Numbered from the stretch's first letter, positions 35,813 through 48,161 are shown. The stretch is DNA of 64,000 bases from Diplonema japonicum (GCA_964019335.1 OZ025713.1:124001-188000), one strand, 5' to 3'. Numbers and translations are program-made. Notes: generated by a model not told the origin, from the sequence alone.

Positions 35813-36302
35813 GTTGGTTCAGCCTTTGCAGGTGGGGAGTATGTGTTGGGTATTGAAAAAAGAAGGACAAGAAATGGAGAAAAAATATAGTATGAGTTGA
35901 AGGAAGTCCTTTGGTATGCGTTCTTTTTCTTTCAATCGATTGTTATATGTACTTATAAAATATATAGCGCGCATTCGACGGCACTGATCAAGCGACTGGC
36001 ACCTTCTGAAGAAGGGCCTCCCACGTCCGCCGGGTTGAGCAGAGGATGCCCCGGGGCGGCCGTTCCAGTTTGATCGGGTTTGCGGGTTTGCGCCTTAGCC
36101 AGTGTGGGCACCCTGCACAAGCACTGTCTACTTGTATACAGGGAGCGGGAAAATAATATAAATAAGAAAAGAAATCAGATAGTTAATTATAAATCATGGT
36201 ATGAAACCAAAACAAGAAGAAAAGAAAGGGAAAAAGAAAAGCTGGCTTGAAGCCACAATTTAAAAAGCAAAAAGCGTGTAAAAAAAAAAAAAAAAAAAAA
36301 AA

Positions 36303-36425
36303 AGAGTCGGTTGATTGTTGCTTGTGCACAGCCGGGGTTATCCTGTAGAAGGATAAGCCCAACAATGCTTTCACTACTCTTTTTAGCAATAACAATTCAT
36401 TATCAATATATTGTTTTTCTTGTTT
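36303..36425. repeat. Dispersed repeat family, about 120 bp (GTGCACAGCCGGG...CTCTTTTAGCAATAACAATT)
   Basis: Copies at about 43160-43280 and 59122-59224, partial copies at 14710 and 53068, and an inverted copy inside the intron at 10620-10675. Confidence 0.8.
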
Positions 36426-36427
36426 AA

Positions 36428-38209
36428 CCCATAACACTCCAAGGCGCAAATATTTATCGTTTTGAAAAATCGTTTTTTTCTCTAAGTACTTTTTCGTCCC
36501 CACGACCCCTGGATCTCCAAGAACGACTATAGTGAGGAGTTATTTTCAACTGCAATTCATGCTGCGCTGCATCACTTTAACTTGTTATCCACCCACCAAG
36601 TGGGTCCCAAATCCGAGTAGATAGGCTAAAAACGCAAAATAACGGGTTTGCATACTGTGCCCAAATTGTTCCCAAAAAACGCAAAGGTAAAGCCAAAACA
36701 GCTACGGACGAGGTCCAACCTTCATGGGTAAGGGAGTTGGTACCCATAGAGACCATAAAATAGGCCAGTGGGGAGAAAAAAAGCTGTCCCGTGGTACGCA
36801 GAAACCTGACGACGCAAAATGGTTATTCCTTCGGTTTTTTTATAAGAAGCTAACAGACGTCATCCAAGAAGAGACAAACAAGCAAAAGGACGCCGAGATT
36901 GATAAAATTTCGACCCAGGACTCCACCGCTTACTCGGATTGAGCATTGCGATGGGTTTACGGCGTGCCCAGAATCAGCAGTCGCATTGGTCCACAGGACC
37001 CATGAAAATCCCCCTTTTCAGTACGATGCCCAGGAGACGCTACTGGGAAATCAAAAGTAGCCTCCACTTCACTCACACAGAAGAGTCAAACGGTGATGTG
37101 TTGTGAAGATACGAGGGTTTCTGGACAGAATTGGTGACAAGTGGGCAAAAGTAGCAGTGCCAGGAAAATAATTAAGCATTGACGAGACACTCGTACCTTC
37201 ACGGGGCAATTGGGGGCTGCGGGTCTACTGTCCTTTCAAGCGTAAAAGATATGGCATAAAAATCTACTGCCTAAACTGCGCGAGCACGGGTTATCTTTTG
37301 CGTTTTCACATCCACGCCACCAAAATCGAGGGGCACGCACTTGAAGATTTCAGTGTTGTGGAAAAAGCGGTGCTGGGGTTAACAGAGCCTTTCCGGGGAA
37401 ATGACAACACGGTAGTTTGCAATAACTACTTTTCGACTGTGGGTCTGGCCGAAGCCCTGTGAAATAACTGTGAGAGGCTTGCATTTCGTTGGGTGTTGCG
37501 GACTCTTCTGGTGGACCCTAGAAGTGACAATAGTTAACTGCCATGCACTTCAAATAAAATATGGTTCAGGGATGCCAAAGAGATACACAACCCTGGCTGC
37601 TTTAAAGAGCGCTTTCGAGAGAGCCTAATTGATGGGTCCAGCGTTGCAAAAACACCACTCCCGGCACCCAACTAGTGGTGCACACACACCGATACCCCAG
37701 ATTACACCAGACGTGCTAGCTAGCCACTCAAAGGGGGCACCTCCAGGGTCTGCAGGTTGAAAGAATGCACAAAACGCACAATCTACAAATGCTACACCTG
37801 AAACCAACACCTCTGTCCAAATAAGTGCTTTTTTCGTACCACTCTTCCATCACCCCAAAAAGGCCTCTTGACGATTTCGAGGCCGATATTCCACCCGCAA
37901 ATAGGCACTTCTCTCGGTCTGAGACATCTGAGTGGTCCTGATGCTGCCTTTTTTGTCCCAGGATGCTCAATTTACACCCCCCCGTGCACAACCCATTTTG
38001 ACATGGTCGTTTTTGAGCACCCTACGGCCATTCAACTCTTCATCCCCTTTGTATTTTTACTAATTTTTGAACTTTTTTTTTTAATTTTCCTGGTCCAAAA
38101 AACCCGTTTTACCTGCAAACGGGGGTTGAATGCTGCCATTTTCCCCCTCAAATTATGAAAAGGAGCAAAAAAGGGACCCCTATGTAGATAGGCCCCGGAG
38201 TGTTATGGG
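36428..38209 (+). mobile_element. piggyBac transposon with a decayed transposase
   Basis: TTAA-CCCATAACACTCC ... GGAGTGTTATGGG-TTAA (perfect 13-bp TIR and TSD). Remnants include MPRRRYWEIKSSLHF, LSIDETLVP..G..LRVYCPFKRKRYGIKIYCL...TGY, VCNNYFSTV and a C-terminal Cys-rich domain (YKCYT*NQHLCPNKCF). Stops and frameshifts throughout. Confidence 0.93.
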
Positions 38210-38232
38210 TTAAACAAAAAAAAAAAAAAGAA

Positions 38233-39285
38233 CTATTCTTTAGACACAGCAGCATCAACATAAACGGCAACCTTAGCAATGGCGGCGGTGTCCGAACACA
38301 AAAGGGGCTTCTCGCTCTGTTTATGCATGTGATAGTACGGCGAGGATTCCCCTTTATGCTCCGAAAGGCAGACCCGCACCACATTGCCAGATGCTTCCTG
38401 GGCACTGAACGAAGCAAGCTCGTGAATATCCGAGAAAACGGGGAGGTTGGAGAACCACATAGTTCTGGCAATGGACGTCCGCACGATCCCCGGGTGCACG
38501 ACGCTGAAGGTGACGTTCTGAGCAGGGTGTGCTAGGTTCCAAGGACGCAATGCGGAGGTAAGGTGTTCGATATACAGCATAACGAGAAGTTTTGAGTTTC
38601 CGTACATTTTGAATCTGTTGTAATCTCGTTGAGCGTATGTTGAAGGCACAGCATCCCTTGCATGGTTGACCAGCTCAATTTCAGAGACAACTCCGTCAGT
38701 GCATGTCCGGGAACCCACCATTATAATTCGCCCGCCGTCGGTTTTCATCATCTCCGAGAACTCCTTCATCAGCAACGCGTGGGCATAAAAGTTGACCCCG
38801 ATCTGTTCCATGTACCCCTGCTTGGTCAGGCTGTATTGTGTTGCTAGAACGGCAGCGTTGCCCACAAAGAGTTTTATTCTCCTCCCGCTGGACCGGATCG
38901 TTGAAACGAATCTTCGAACGGAATCCAAGTCACATAGGTCGCACTGTAAGGAGTCGATCTTTGCCTTGACAAGACCTGCTTCTTTTGTTATGCTATCGAT
39001 GGCTTCCTTGCCTCTTTTTTCGGAGCGGCATGCTACGAGAACGCTAACGCCGGAGCGCAGAAGCATGGCTGCCGTGGAGACACCCAGGCCGCCTGCACCG
39101 CCTGTGACGACCGCCCAGTCTCCTGCGTTCCATTTTGCGTTTTTGATGGATTTTTCGGTCTCTTTTTCCCAGTCGAACCCGCGGCGGCCTCGGAAGTAAC
39201 AGTCGTCGAGCGCCACCACAAAACCCGACAGCACGAAGTGTACCATCCGCCAACAGGCCACTAGTATCGCTGCGAGGCTGTCCAT
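38233..39285 (-). CDS. Short-chain dehydrogenase/reductase (retinol dehydrogenase-like), 350 aa
   Basis: VVTGGAGGLG, CDLCDLDSV, GNAA, catalytic YGNSK, VHPG. Confidence 0.93.
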   Translation of the reverse strand: MDSLAAILVACWRMVHFVLSGFVVALDDCYFRGRRGFDWEKETEKSIKNAKWNAGDWAVVTGGAGGLGVSTAAMLLRSGVSVLVACRSEKRGKEAIDSITKEAGLVKAKIDSLQCDLCDLDSVRRFVSTIRSSGRRIKLFVGNAAVLATQYSLTKQGYMEQIGVNFYAHALLMKEFSEMMKTDGGRIIMVGSRTCTDGVVSEIELVNHARDAVPSTYAQRDYNRFKMYGNSKLLVMLYIEHLTSALRPWNLAHPAQNVTFSVVHPGIVRTSIARTMWFSNLPVFSDIHELASFSAQEASGNVVRVCLSEHKGESSPYYHMHKQSEKPLLCSDTAAIAKVAVYVDAAVSKE

Positions 39286-39286
39286 G

Positions 39287-39319
<33 letters not shown>

Positions 39320-40591
39320 CCAACTTTTTTACTCTAAGAATTGTGTGTGCAACGTGAAAACTTATAGAAGAGACAAGACTACAAAGAGCTTCAGAAAAAA
39401 GCGAAACGCGTTCAAGTGTAACGAAAATCCTTTTTGTTCACATCCTCACGCGCCAATACAGGCTTCACACCAGGACCCCGCTGTCGAGGATTTTTGTCAT
39501 CGTGAAACATATTAACGAAGGCATCATCCCCTCCCCCCCCCCCCCCCCCCTCCCACCCCTTCTGATGGCTTCTTAATGATCAGAATGGCCGCGGCCCAAG
39601 TAAGTAAGAAGCATAGGGTGAAAGAATACGTGAGGATAATAATATTAAAAAAAACAACTTATTTTTAACTTTATGGGATTGCGTTTTCGCGCTCACCCGT
39701 TGGGGGGGGGGGGGGGGGTACTGGACTTTATGTTAAAAAGTATGGGGGGGAAAAAAAAAACAGGCCTTGGCATAGCAAACTTTTAATCCTAAGGATGGGT
39801 AGAGTGTGGGGGAGAAAGGGGCGGAAGGCACCCTTTTCGGAGCAAGAACCCTATTTGGTGTCGCCATGTCCTGGAGTGTCAACGGTGCTGCCCGTTTAAC
39901 TTCTGGAGCCACGATTCGTATTACGGGGTGGGGAGGGAAAAGAAAAAAAGAAATATGAGTTAAAGGGAGTCGTGGTGGGACGTGGCTCTTTTTTTTTTTT
40001 TTTTTTTTTTTCCAGCTCTTCTAGGTTGTGCTCGGTCTTCTTCGATGCAATAATCTTTTCTTTCTGAACAGTCTTTCTGTCGTACCTCAGCCAACTCCCA
40101 CACGTTTCTTTTAAAAAAACTTTGTGCAACGGGTCTTACACAAAAACATTCTATTTTTTTCGGTTGAGGAGGGGGGGGGGGGGGGGGGGTTCTTGCTATT
40201 TGTTGCTTCGAGGAGTTTCCGCGAAAGGGAAGGGGAGGGGGAGGGGCTAAGGTTGCTATGCCAAGGTCTGAAGAAAGGAGAAAAAGAAAGCGGCTATGTA
40301 ATAATTAACGGTTTTTTCTGGGGGGGGGGGAAAGCGATGCAAAAAAAAAGAGTGAGTTTTTTAACATTTTTTTTTGTTTGTGCACATTACTCTTTTTTCC
40401 TCCAGCGGACCGCCACGTCGTACAAACAACGGCCAGTTCCTCTTTTTTTTTTTTTTTTTTTTTTGTGCTTTTTTTTTTTTTGTTTTGTTTTACAGTACTT
40501 TGCTAGAAATACAGGGGGGGAAAGAAAAAAAAAAAAACACCACCAAAAAAAAAAAAAAAAGCGGCGGAGAGCGCGGCCGTCAGGGCGCTTC

Positions 40592-40629
<38 letters not shown>

Positions 40630-40632
<3 letters not shown>

Positions 40633-41718
40633 AGCGATGCAGCACCATTTGCTAGGGAGCCTCCGGTAGCGTTCCGGCACACCCGTCCCGTGAAGAAAGT
40701 GGTACCCAACATACCCGACGTTCGTAAGCGGCGACAGGTCGATGCTAGAGAGAGAGCGGCAATCCTCAAGGAAGCCATCGCCGATCCCTGTCACACCATG
40801 CAAAGGGGACAGGTCCAACGAACATATTGAAGTACACCCACTCAGAAAGTACTGCGGCAGAGACGATAAATTGCATAAAGGCAAGAGATCAACAGTACGC
40901 AAAGACGTGCACCGAGACAGAAACCCATCCCATACCGACGTCACCCCGCTCAAGGGAGCGAGGTTCACAGACTTAAGAGACACACATCCTGTTAAAAAAC
41001 CCGCTCCAACTGCTCGAACGTTCGCCAGCGGTGTGAGATCCACCGTTTCCAGAAGAGTGTCGGCGAGGAAATTATCCTGTATCTTACTCACATTTTTCAA
41101 CGGGGAAAGATCGACCTCGGTGAGGGAGGAACATCCTTTTAACAGACCGTCACCTACCTTCTCCGCGTTGAGAAACGGTGTTAGATCAATCGACGTTAAA
41201 GATGTGCACCCTGCTGCAAAATCTGAACCAACTTTCGTAACACGGCTGAGGTCTGATAGATCGACGTGAGTCAGAGTTGATACTTGCGAGGACAGGAAGT
41301 TCTCATCTATTTCGGTGACGTTTTGGGCCGGGTCTATGATTTTAAGCCTTTTGAGGTTTCTTGGAAGATCGCAGCTTCGGAGTTTAAGTGTTTTGACTGA
41401 GGTGGCATCGAGGATGAGGATGATGTCCGGGTTATCTTCGAGACGGTCTTCGACCCACCTGTTGTGGCATTCTCCTATTTTGGTGTGGATCTCGGTGATG
41501 GCCTCTATGGAGAGCTCTGAGCCTTGTTCTATCCCGGTGTCTTCTATGGTCGATTCGTGCTCGCGAAGGGTCGTGCCTTCGTGTTTCAGAACGAACAGCC
41601 CCGGTTCCATGCTTGCGGCTGCTGCTGTTTTTTTGTATAAAGCACCCACCGTGTCCTTGCCGCTGAGCTCCACGTCGTGCACCTCGCGTGCTGTGCGGAC
41701 AAAGACTGTAATGCTCAT
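40630..41718 (-). CDS. Ubiquitin-like domain plus 24-aa leucine-rich repeats plus CaaX, 362 aa
   Basis: ATG at 41718 (MSITVFVRT...DTVGALYKK...L...TIEDTGIEQGSEL). Repeats VDLSPLxNVxxIGDGFLxGCxSL; ends CCIA. The upstream part of the track ORF is homopolymer read-through. Confidence 0.85.
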
Positions 41719-41890
41719 TTCCCCCCCCCCCTTTTTTTTATTTTTCCAAAAGATTTCAAGGGTGTGCAAAAAAAAAAAAAAAAAATGGGGGGAGTGAGAA
41801 TGGGGGGTTAGTTTAGGCGAGAAAAAAAAAAAGAAAAAAAAATTTTTTTTATACAGTGTTTCCCCCCCCCCCCCCCTTTTTTTTTCCCCT

Positions 41891-42679
41891 TCACGCTTGC
41901 AACGCACCAAGCGTTTTAAGCATTCCAAGCCCCTGCGCGAAGCTCATACCCTCATCCGGCTGTTTGACAGAGAGCTGTGGCACAACCCCGCTCACACCCT
42001 CCGTGGCACCAGAGAGAAACCCCAGAAAACCATCGATCTGAAGTGGCAACCAGAGAAGTGCTCGGATGGGCCCGGGGAGCTTAGTGTGCCCACCATAAAC
42101 AAATATATGCCAAATCCCGAACGCAGTGACAACATAGCTGGCAAGCTGCGGGTGGGGCACGTTCAAAGTGCGAGTTAAATTCTGAGCCGAGGAGAGCACT
42201 GCCGTGAAGACGACAAGCCTGGAGTACAGAACCGAAGACAGGTACAAGGAGATGGCAGTGACGAACATCCTGGCCCATTCAGGAATTTCGACATGCTTTG
42301 ATAAGTAAGACAATGCTAGTTGCAGGGCGCTCTCTATATGGTCACGCACGGAGAAGCCCAGGTTCACGCACTGGAAAGCTTGGGACCTCAGGCATGCGAG
42401 GAATTTTGCAGTGCCCACGGCCGTTTTTTTCGCCAGCTTCTCCGCTTCAGATTTATCGATATCTTCCTTCTTCCACAGCTTTATGGCCAGCTCCTTCCAT
42501 TGTATTGCACCCTCGATCGCGTCGTTTGTTCTCATTGTCTCCCAGACCGAGAACACATTGCGGAGAAGCGGCCCGTACAGCACCATCGCCGCATCAGTGG
42601 CGATGCTAGCTGTCTTCCCTGTTGCCGTTGTGTACAGGTGCGCCTCACCTTTCCTTAGCTTTGCGAGAAACTCCGACAT
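41891..42679 (-). CDS. Uncharacterised multi-pass membrane protein, 262 aa
   Basis: Clean ORF between homopolymer tracts with an A-rich ATG context and three to four hydrophobic segments. Confidence 0.75.
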   Translation of the reverse strand: MSEFLAKLRKGEAHLYTTATGKTASIATDAAMVLYGPLLRNVFSVWETMRTNDAIEGAIQWKELAIKLWKKEDIDKSEAEKLAKKTAVGTAKFLACLRSQAFQCVNLGFSVRDHIESALQLALSYLSKHVEIPEWARMFVTAISLYLSSVLYSRLVVFTAVLSSAQNLTRTLNVPHPQLASYVVTAFGIWHIFVYGGHTKLPGPIRALLWLPLQIDGFLGFLSGATEGVSGVVPQLSVKQPDEGMSFAQGLGMLKTLGALQA

Positions 42680-42886
42680 TTTCTTTTTTTTTTTTTTTCC
42701 CCACCTGTAATAGTAAAAAAAAACGCCGGGGAAAAAAAAAAAAGAAAAAAAAAAAGGTGGTGGAAGGGGGGAGGGGGGAAAATGTGATTACATAGAATAC
42801 ACGTAATAAATCGGTCAGCTTTCATTTTTTTTTTCTCCCGTGTCGTGTCTTTGCGCACTTTTTTTTTATCAGCGTCGCGGGTGGGC

Positions 42887-42922
<36 letters not shown>

Positions 42923-44089
42923 ACACCCGGCGCCGCTAACGAAAAGTGCCGCAGAAGGCAGAAAGCAGAGGCGATAGAGAACCTTTCAAAAAAGGGGAGG
43001 GGGGGAGAGGGATAAGAAGGTACGGACAACTAAAACAGCGACGTCCTCCTACGTATGCAAAAGAAAAGGTATTTCTTTTCTTCTTTTTTTTTCTTTTTTT
43101 TTTTTCGCACATAATAATATTTATGCCAATGAAGTGTATATGAATGTAAAAAATGCGACGTTATTTGTTGTGTGTGCACAGCCGGGGTTAACCTGTAGAA
43201 GGATAGGCCCAACAATGCCACCACTACTCTTTTAGCACTAACAATTATACCTTGTCAATACATTATTCTTTCTTGTTTCAAAAGAAAGAAATGAAAAAGA
43301 AAGAAAAAGAAAAAAAAAGAGGAAAGTAAATCTCCACAAAAAAAAAAAAGCTAGGAGTGAAGGGAGGGGTGATGATAGGGGTGATGGCGAGGGAATATTC
43401 TCTCTTTTTCTTTTGCTATTTTTTTTCTTTTTTTTCTTTTTGAAAAAAAGCAATAAGATTAAAGAGAATGCTGGCACGTGCGCAGCTAGAAGCCTGCGAC
43501 AGTGGTCTGGCTTTTCTTTTTTTTTCTTTTTTTTTTGAGAAAAGAAGGTTAGGCTATTTAAAAAAAAAAAAAAAAAAAGAAATAGCTGTTGCTTACCGTC
43601 TATATTTAGCTTGGAAAAAAAAAAAAAGGGGAGGGGGAAAAAAAAAAAAGCCTCCAAGCCAAGGTAAAGCAAGTGAAAAAGAGTTACATTTCTTTTTCTT
43701 TTTTTGAGGATTTGAAAAAGAAAAACACACATCCTGCAAGGTGGCATTTTTCTCCTTCTCTACTTTTGACTGTAATGCAAGCCTGCGAAAAAGGCTAAAA
43801 AGTTGCCAGTACTCTTTTTAAAGCAACAATTGCACACAATATATATTCTAAGATAAGTACTGCATGCCACCACAACTCTTTTTCTTTTTGTTCTTACAAG
43901 AAACCGTACTTGTTAAATCTTTTGTGAATAAGCGAATTATTCTCTGCTTGTGCGCTTCTGCGAGCTATGCAACAAGAGACGGCTGTATCGTTTGTGCAAG
44001 CCGGGGGAGGGGGAAAAAAAAAGAGAAAAATGATTAGTTGCCTCTAAAAATCTCTGATTTTGAGCAACTAAAAAAAGGGGGGAAGTTGC

Positions 44090-44124
<35 letters not shown>

Positions 44125-44126
44125 TT

Positions 44127-44212
44127 TTCAAAAAGCTGTGAAAGTTCTCGGCTCGGCACAAGTTGCAAAAAGTTATAAAAATCATTTTTTTTTTTTTTTT
44201 TTGAAAGATAAA
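44127..44212 (-). repeat. Degenerate solo copy of the A terminal repeat of the YR retrotransposon
   Basis: AAAAAGCTGTGAAAGTT..GCTCGGCACAAGTTGCA..AGTTATAAAA.TCATTTT..GAAAGATAAA matches 48635-48703, with an expanded T-run. Confidence 0.75.
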
Positions 44213-44552
44213 AAAAAATAATTAAATCTAATAGTATTTTTTTTTTTTTTTTTATCGTAATGCGGTGTGAAGAGAGGAGGATACAGCCCCCAAAAAATAA
44301 ATAAAAAAACTCAAAGTACAGGACAAGCCCCCCGCTGCCCTATGGGAGGGTCTATCATCTGAGGGCCTTGTGCCCTAGGCCTCCCAATGACTTACCGGTA
44401 GTCCACTTGAAGTTAATGGCCAGCTCCGAGGGCTCCACCCAGCTGTGTCTATCATTGAAGTAACGGGTTCATAAAAGAGAAAGAAAAAAATCAGAACAAA
44501 AAAAAAAAAAAAAAGAAAAAGAAAAAAGGGAATGCGCACTCTACTCTTTTCT

Positions 44553-44599
<47 letters not shown>

Positions 44600-44659
44600 T
44601 TCCTACGGATGATCTTACAAAAAATAAAAAATAAAAAAAAAAAAAAACTCTCCTTTTTC

Positions 44660-46774
44660 TTAAGCTGTCAAGGTCCGCCCCTTCCAAGCCAGCACGGTAC
44701 AGGCCATCCCTCTGAACAGACAGAACACCCCGACCATAATGGCAACGTACTCCCACTCCTTATCGGTATGAATGTCGTTACGCAGGAACAACGACTGGTC
44801 CGCATAACGAATAAGCTCCTACATTTTTTTTTTCTTTTTTTTTTTTTTCCCCCCTTTAACACATACATTAGCCATATCCATCTGCGTTTCATTAAGCGAA
44901 CCCGGGGGGCTTCTAAACTCAGCAATAGTCAGCAGGTTCACCCCGTACTTTAAACTACAAAGGTACTGCGCCCACGACATAAAACTCGGGATCTGCGAGG
45001 TGGGGATGAAGAACCCCGAGAAAAGAATCTGTGGGACGAATAACAAAGGCGAAAGCTGTATAGCAATCTGCGGGTTGGAACTAATCGCACCGATAAGCAA
45101 CGCGGTCGACGCTGCAACAAGACCTAAGAGCGAGGTAGCCAGCACAAGATACACAAAATTCCCGTTTAGTTCCATAATCCAGAAAGTTGTGAAGAATAAA
45201 ACGACCGACTGCACGATTGTCATGGGGACTTCGACCAGCAGCTTCGATGTAAAGTACGGTACCGAACCGTAGGTACCGGTCGCGTACTCCCTGATAAAAA
45301 CAGGTTTTTCAAGAGGGAATGAAAGCATCAATGGTTGAGCCAACCCGAACATTCCACCGATCGCGATCTGACTCAGCCCGCCGAAATGGTTTTGAATCCC
45401 CGCTTCCGTAGTCCAATGGTCCGGGTCAGTAGACCCAACTGACTGAAACACGAATCCAACAATCAGATTTATGAATATTGTGGAACCGAACCTGGCGATA
45501 AGCGAGCCCTTGTCGCGGATGACGTTTCTGGCGTCGCGCATTCCAAGGCATATGAACTGGGTGATGAACGACGCTTGTGCTTCTTTAAAAGCAAGTGTGG
45601 TGTCTGTAATGGACTCCCTCGTGTTGTTGATAGGAGACGGTGTGTTGACCATTCGAATCTCCTCCGTGTCCTTCCAATAGTCAGCGAGGAGGGGACGGGG
45701 TTTCCCGTTGATCATGACGGTTGGATCGTTTGATTCCTCGTCGGCACCGGCATCGACGCCTTCATTCTCCAGCTGCATGGCAAACATAACATGATCAGCC
45801 AGGTTTGTATTCTTCGCGATCGGATGCCCTGCTGCTGAAAAATGTGTTTCAAGAGCTTCTCTCGGACCGTTGTAGACAGATCGACCGTTCGACACAAGAA
45901 TCACATCGTCGAATAGCGCGAAGCATTCTGACGAAGGCTGGTGGATTGTCGCGACCACCGTTCGCTCCTTTCCATCATACTCTCCATTCGCAAGCCTGCG
46001 TAACATGTCGCACACCATCCACGCTGCGTAGGAGTCTAAACCTGATGTTGGTTCGTCTAAAAATAAAAACTCAGGGTTGGATATGAGCTCTATTCCGATT
46101 GCAGTTCTTTTTTTCTCACCGCCTGACAAACCGGGTATCATAGCGGAACCTGTCAGGGTGTGCGCGCATTTTACAAGGCGGAGTTTTCGCAGAACTTCTT
46201 GAACAGCGTGCTCGCGTTCTTTCGCGTTTCGTTCCGGTGTCCGCAGACGGGCGGAAAAATGTAAAGCTTCAAATGGTGTTTGCGTTGCAAACAACGCGTC
46301 TTCTTGCATCACATAAGCTACTTTGTTACGGAACGCTACTGGGTCCAACGGTGCACCGTTTAACCGTATGTCACCGGAAACTTTTTTACCCGATCCGTTT
46401 GCTACCCTACCTGCGAGGATGTTAAGTAGGGATGATTTTCCTGCACCGGACGGGCCCATGATGGCGCAGAGGCGTCCCGAGTTGATGTTTCCTGATACGC
46501 CTTTTAAGATGCGTTTTAATCCGGCGGGTTTTACTTCTTCGGCGCCGATGTCTTCCTGGAGGCCTTGCTTTCCCGACCACCGGACCGTGAACCCTGTTCC
46601 GTCGGTGTGTTTCTTCAGGATCTCGCATTTTTCCCAACTTCCCTCGGCGGACATGCCGAGGGCGGGTTCGCCTTCAGAGACGGTTTTGACCTTTTTTTTC
46701 ACATCGTAGAAGACGTTTTCCCATGAGATGCCCTTCCCGTTGGGTGGGGGGCTGCGGCTTCTGTTCACGTGCAT
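44660..46774 (-). CDS. ABCG (White-family) half transporter; join(44867..46774,44660..44818), 688 aa
   Basis: GPSGAGKSS, YVMQED, LSGGEKKR, FLDEPTSGLD, TIHQP, then the TMD. Exon 2 (ELIRY...WEYVAIMVGVFCLFRGMACTVLAWKGRTLTA*) supplies the last helix. Confidence 0.93.
44819..44866 (-). other. 48-nt purine-rich GT-AG intron
   Basis: AAT|GTATGTGTTAAAG(n)A(n)TGTAG|GAG. Removal replaces the poly-Lys/stop ending with a typical ABCG C-terminus. Confidence 0.85.
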
Positions 46775-47275
46775 TTTTTTTTGTTTTTTTTTTTTTTTTC
46801 TTTCTTTTTTTTAGTGGGTGAAATAATTGTTTGTCTGTTGCAAATAAAAAAGAAGAAAAAACAATAATAAAAACGTGAGATAAAAAAAAAATATATATGA
46901 GTTAAAGGAAGTCTTTGTGAGACGCCCCCTTGTTCTCATGCTCTACCTGCACCTATCCCCTTCAGCAGCGGTTTCTCCTTCTTCGGTGGTCGTGCCGGCC
47001 TCCTCCCCAGCTTGGCTGCTTTTTCCCTAATATATATAAAGTGGTGTGGTGTGGGGGGGGGGGGTGTTTTCTTCTTTTTTTTTCCCACCCTTCTTCTTTT
47101 ATTCTTTTTGTTTGCCTTTTCTCAAAAGCAAAAGAAGGGGGTGGGGGGGGGGGGGTAATAAAACAACATTATCATCAAAAAAAAATGATTTTTCTTCACT
47201 AGTTTGGGTTTTCATTCGTTTGTGCGCACGAGCGTAATGTTACCTAATAAAATAGCTCATTACGCTGCCATCAAC

Positions 47276-47308
<33 letters not shown>

Positions 47309-48161
47309 CTTTTTAATAGTTGCGACAAAAAATATTGCTGTTCGTGTTTTCCTCCCTCCACTCCTTCTTATTCTCTCTTCTTTTTTTTTTTTTTTTAGGT
47401 TCGTAATTAAGAAGAAAAATATGTCTTTAAAGGGAACTTGCTGTGACAGAATCGCAGAAAAAAAAAAAAAAAAAAAGAAAAAGAGAGAAAGAAGAAGGGG
47501 GGGGGAAGGGAGGGAGGATAAGGGAAAGAAAGCGAACAGCAAGATTCTGCGATTACCTAGGTGGGGGAAAAGTTTTTAAATATTGAGTTAAAGGAAGTCT
47601 TTGCGAGACGCCCTCCTCATGATGCGTTCCCTGCTACCCACTGTGGTTCAGCAATATACTCCACAAGCTGCGGGGGCAGTTCGAGGTGGAGTTGAGTGGT
47701 CCACAACCTTCGGTGCCTCGAAATGCCTCCCTTGAGTCTTCGCCAAAAAATGGAAAAAAAAAAAAAAGAAAAAGAGAAATAAAATGGCCGTTTTTTGTCA
47801 GGGTCAGAAAAATACATAAGAATGCTATAGGAAAACAAAAACAAAAACAAACCCCCCCCCCCTTTCTTTTTTTGTTTAGACAAGAAAGAGAATTAGTCAA
47901 AAAAAAGGGACAGAATCCTTTTTTTTTTCTTCCTCCGGTATTTTATCCCCTCCCCCCTAACACCACAAAGGCCAGACAGAACGGATGAACCTGCCTTAAC
48001 AGAGCAGGCTTAATAGATATAATAAAAAGAAAAGAAAAAAAACAACATCAAAAAAAGTAAAGAGAAAACACGTGGGGTTTTTTTTTTTTTTGCATTTGAC
48101 AAGTACTACTCAAGGTTTCTTGTAGGAAGTATTTATCCCCAAAGGTTTGCATTTGTGCGCA

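Noticed and set aside
40124-40669. Poly-Lys/Phe/Gly ORFs here and in many other intergenic regions
   Set aside because: Translations of A/T/G homopolymer tracts with no coding signal.
47199-47279. Small fold-back (ACTAGT...AGCGTAATG/CATTACGCT...ACTAGT), possible Helitron end
   Set aside because: Too short and imperfect, with no matching 5' end or clear second copy.
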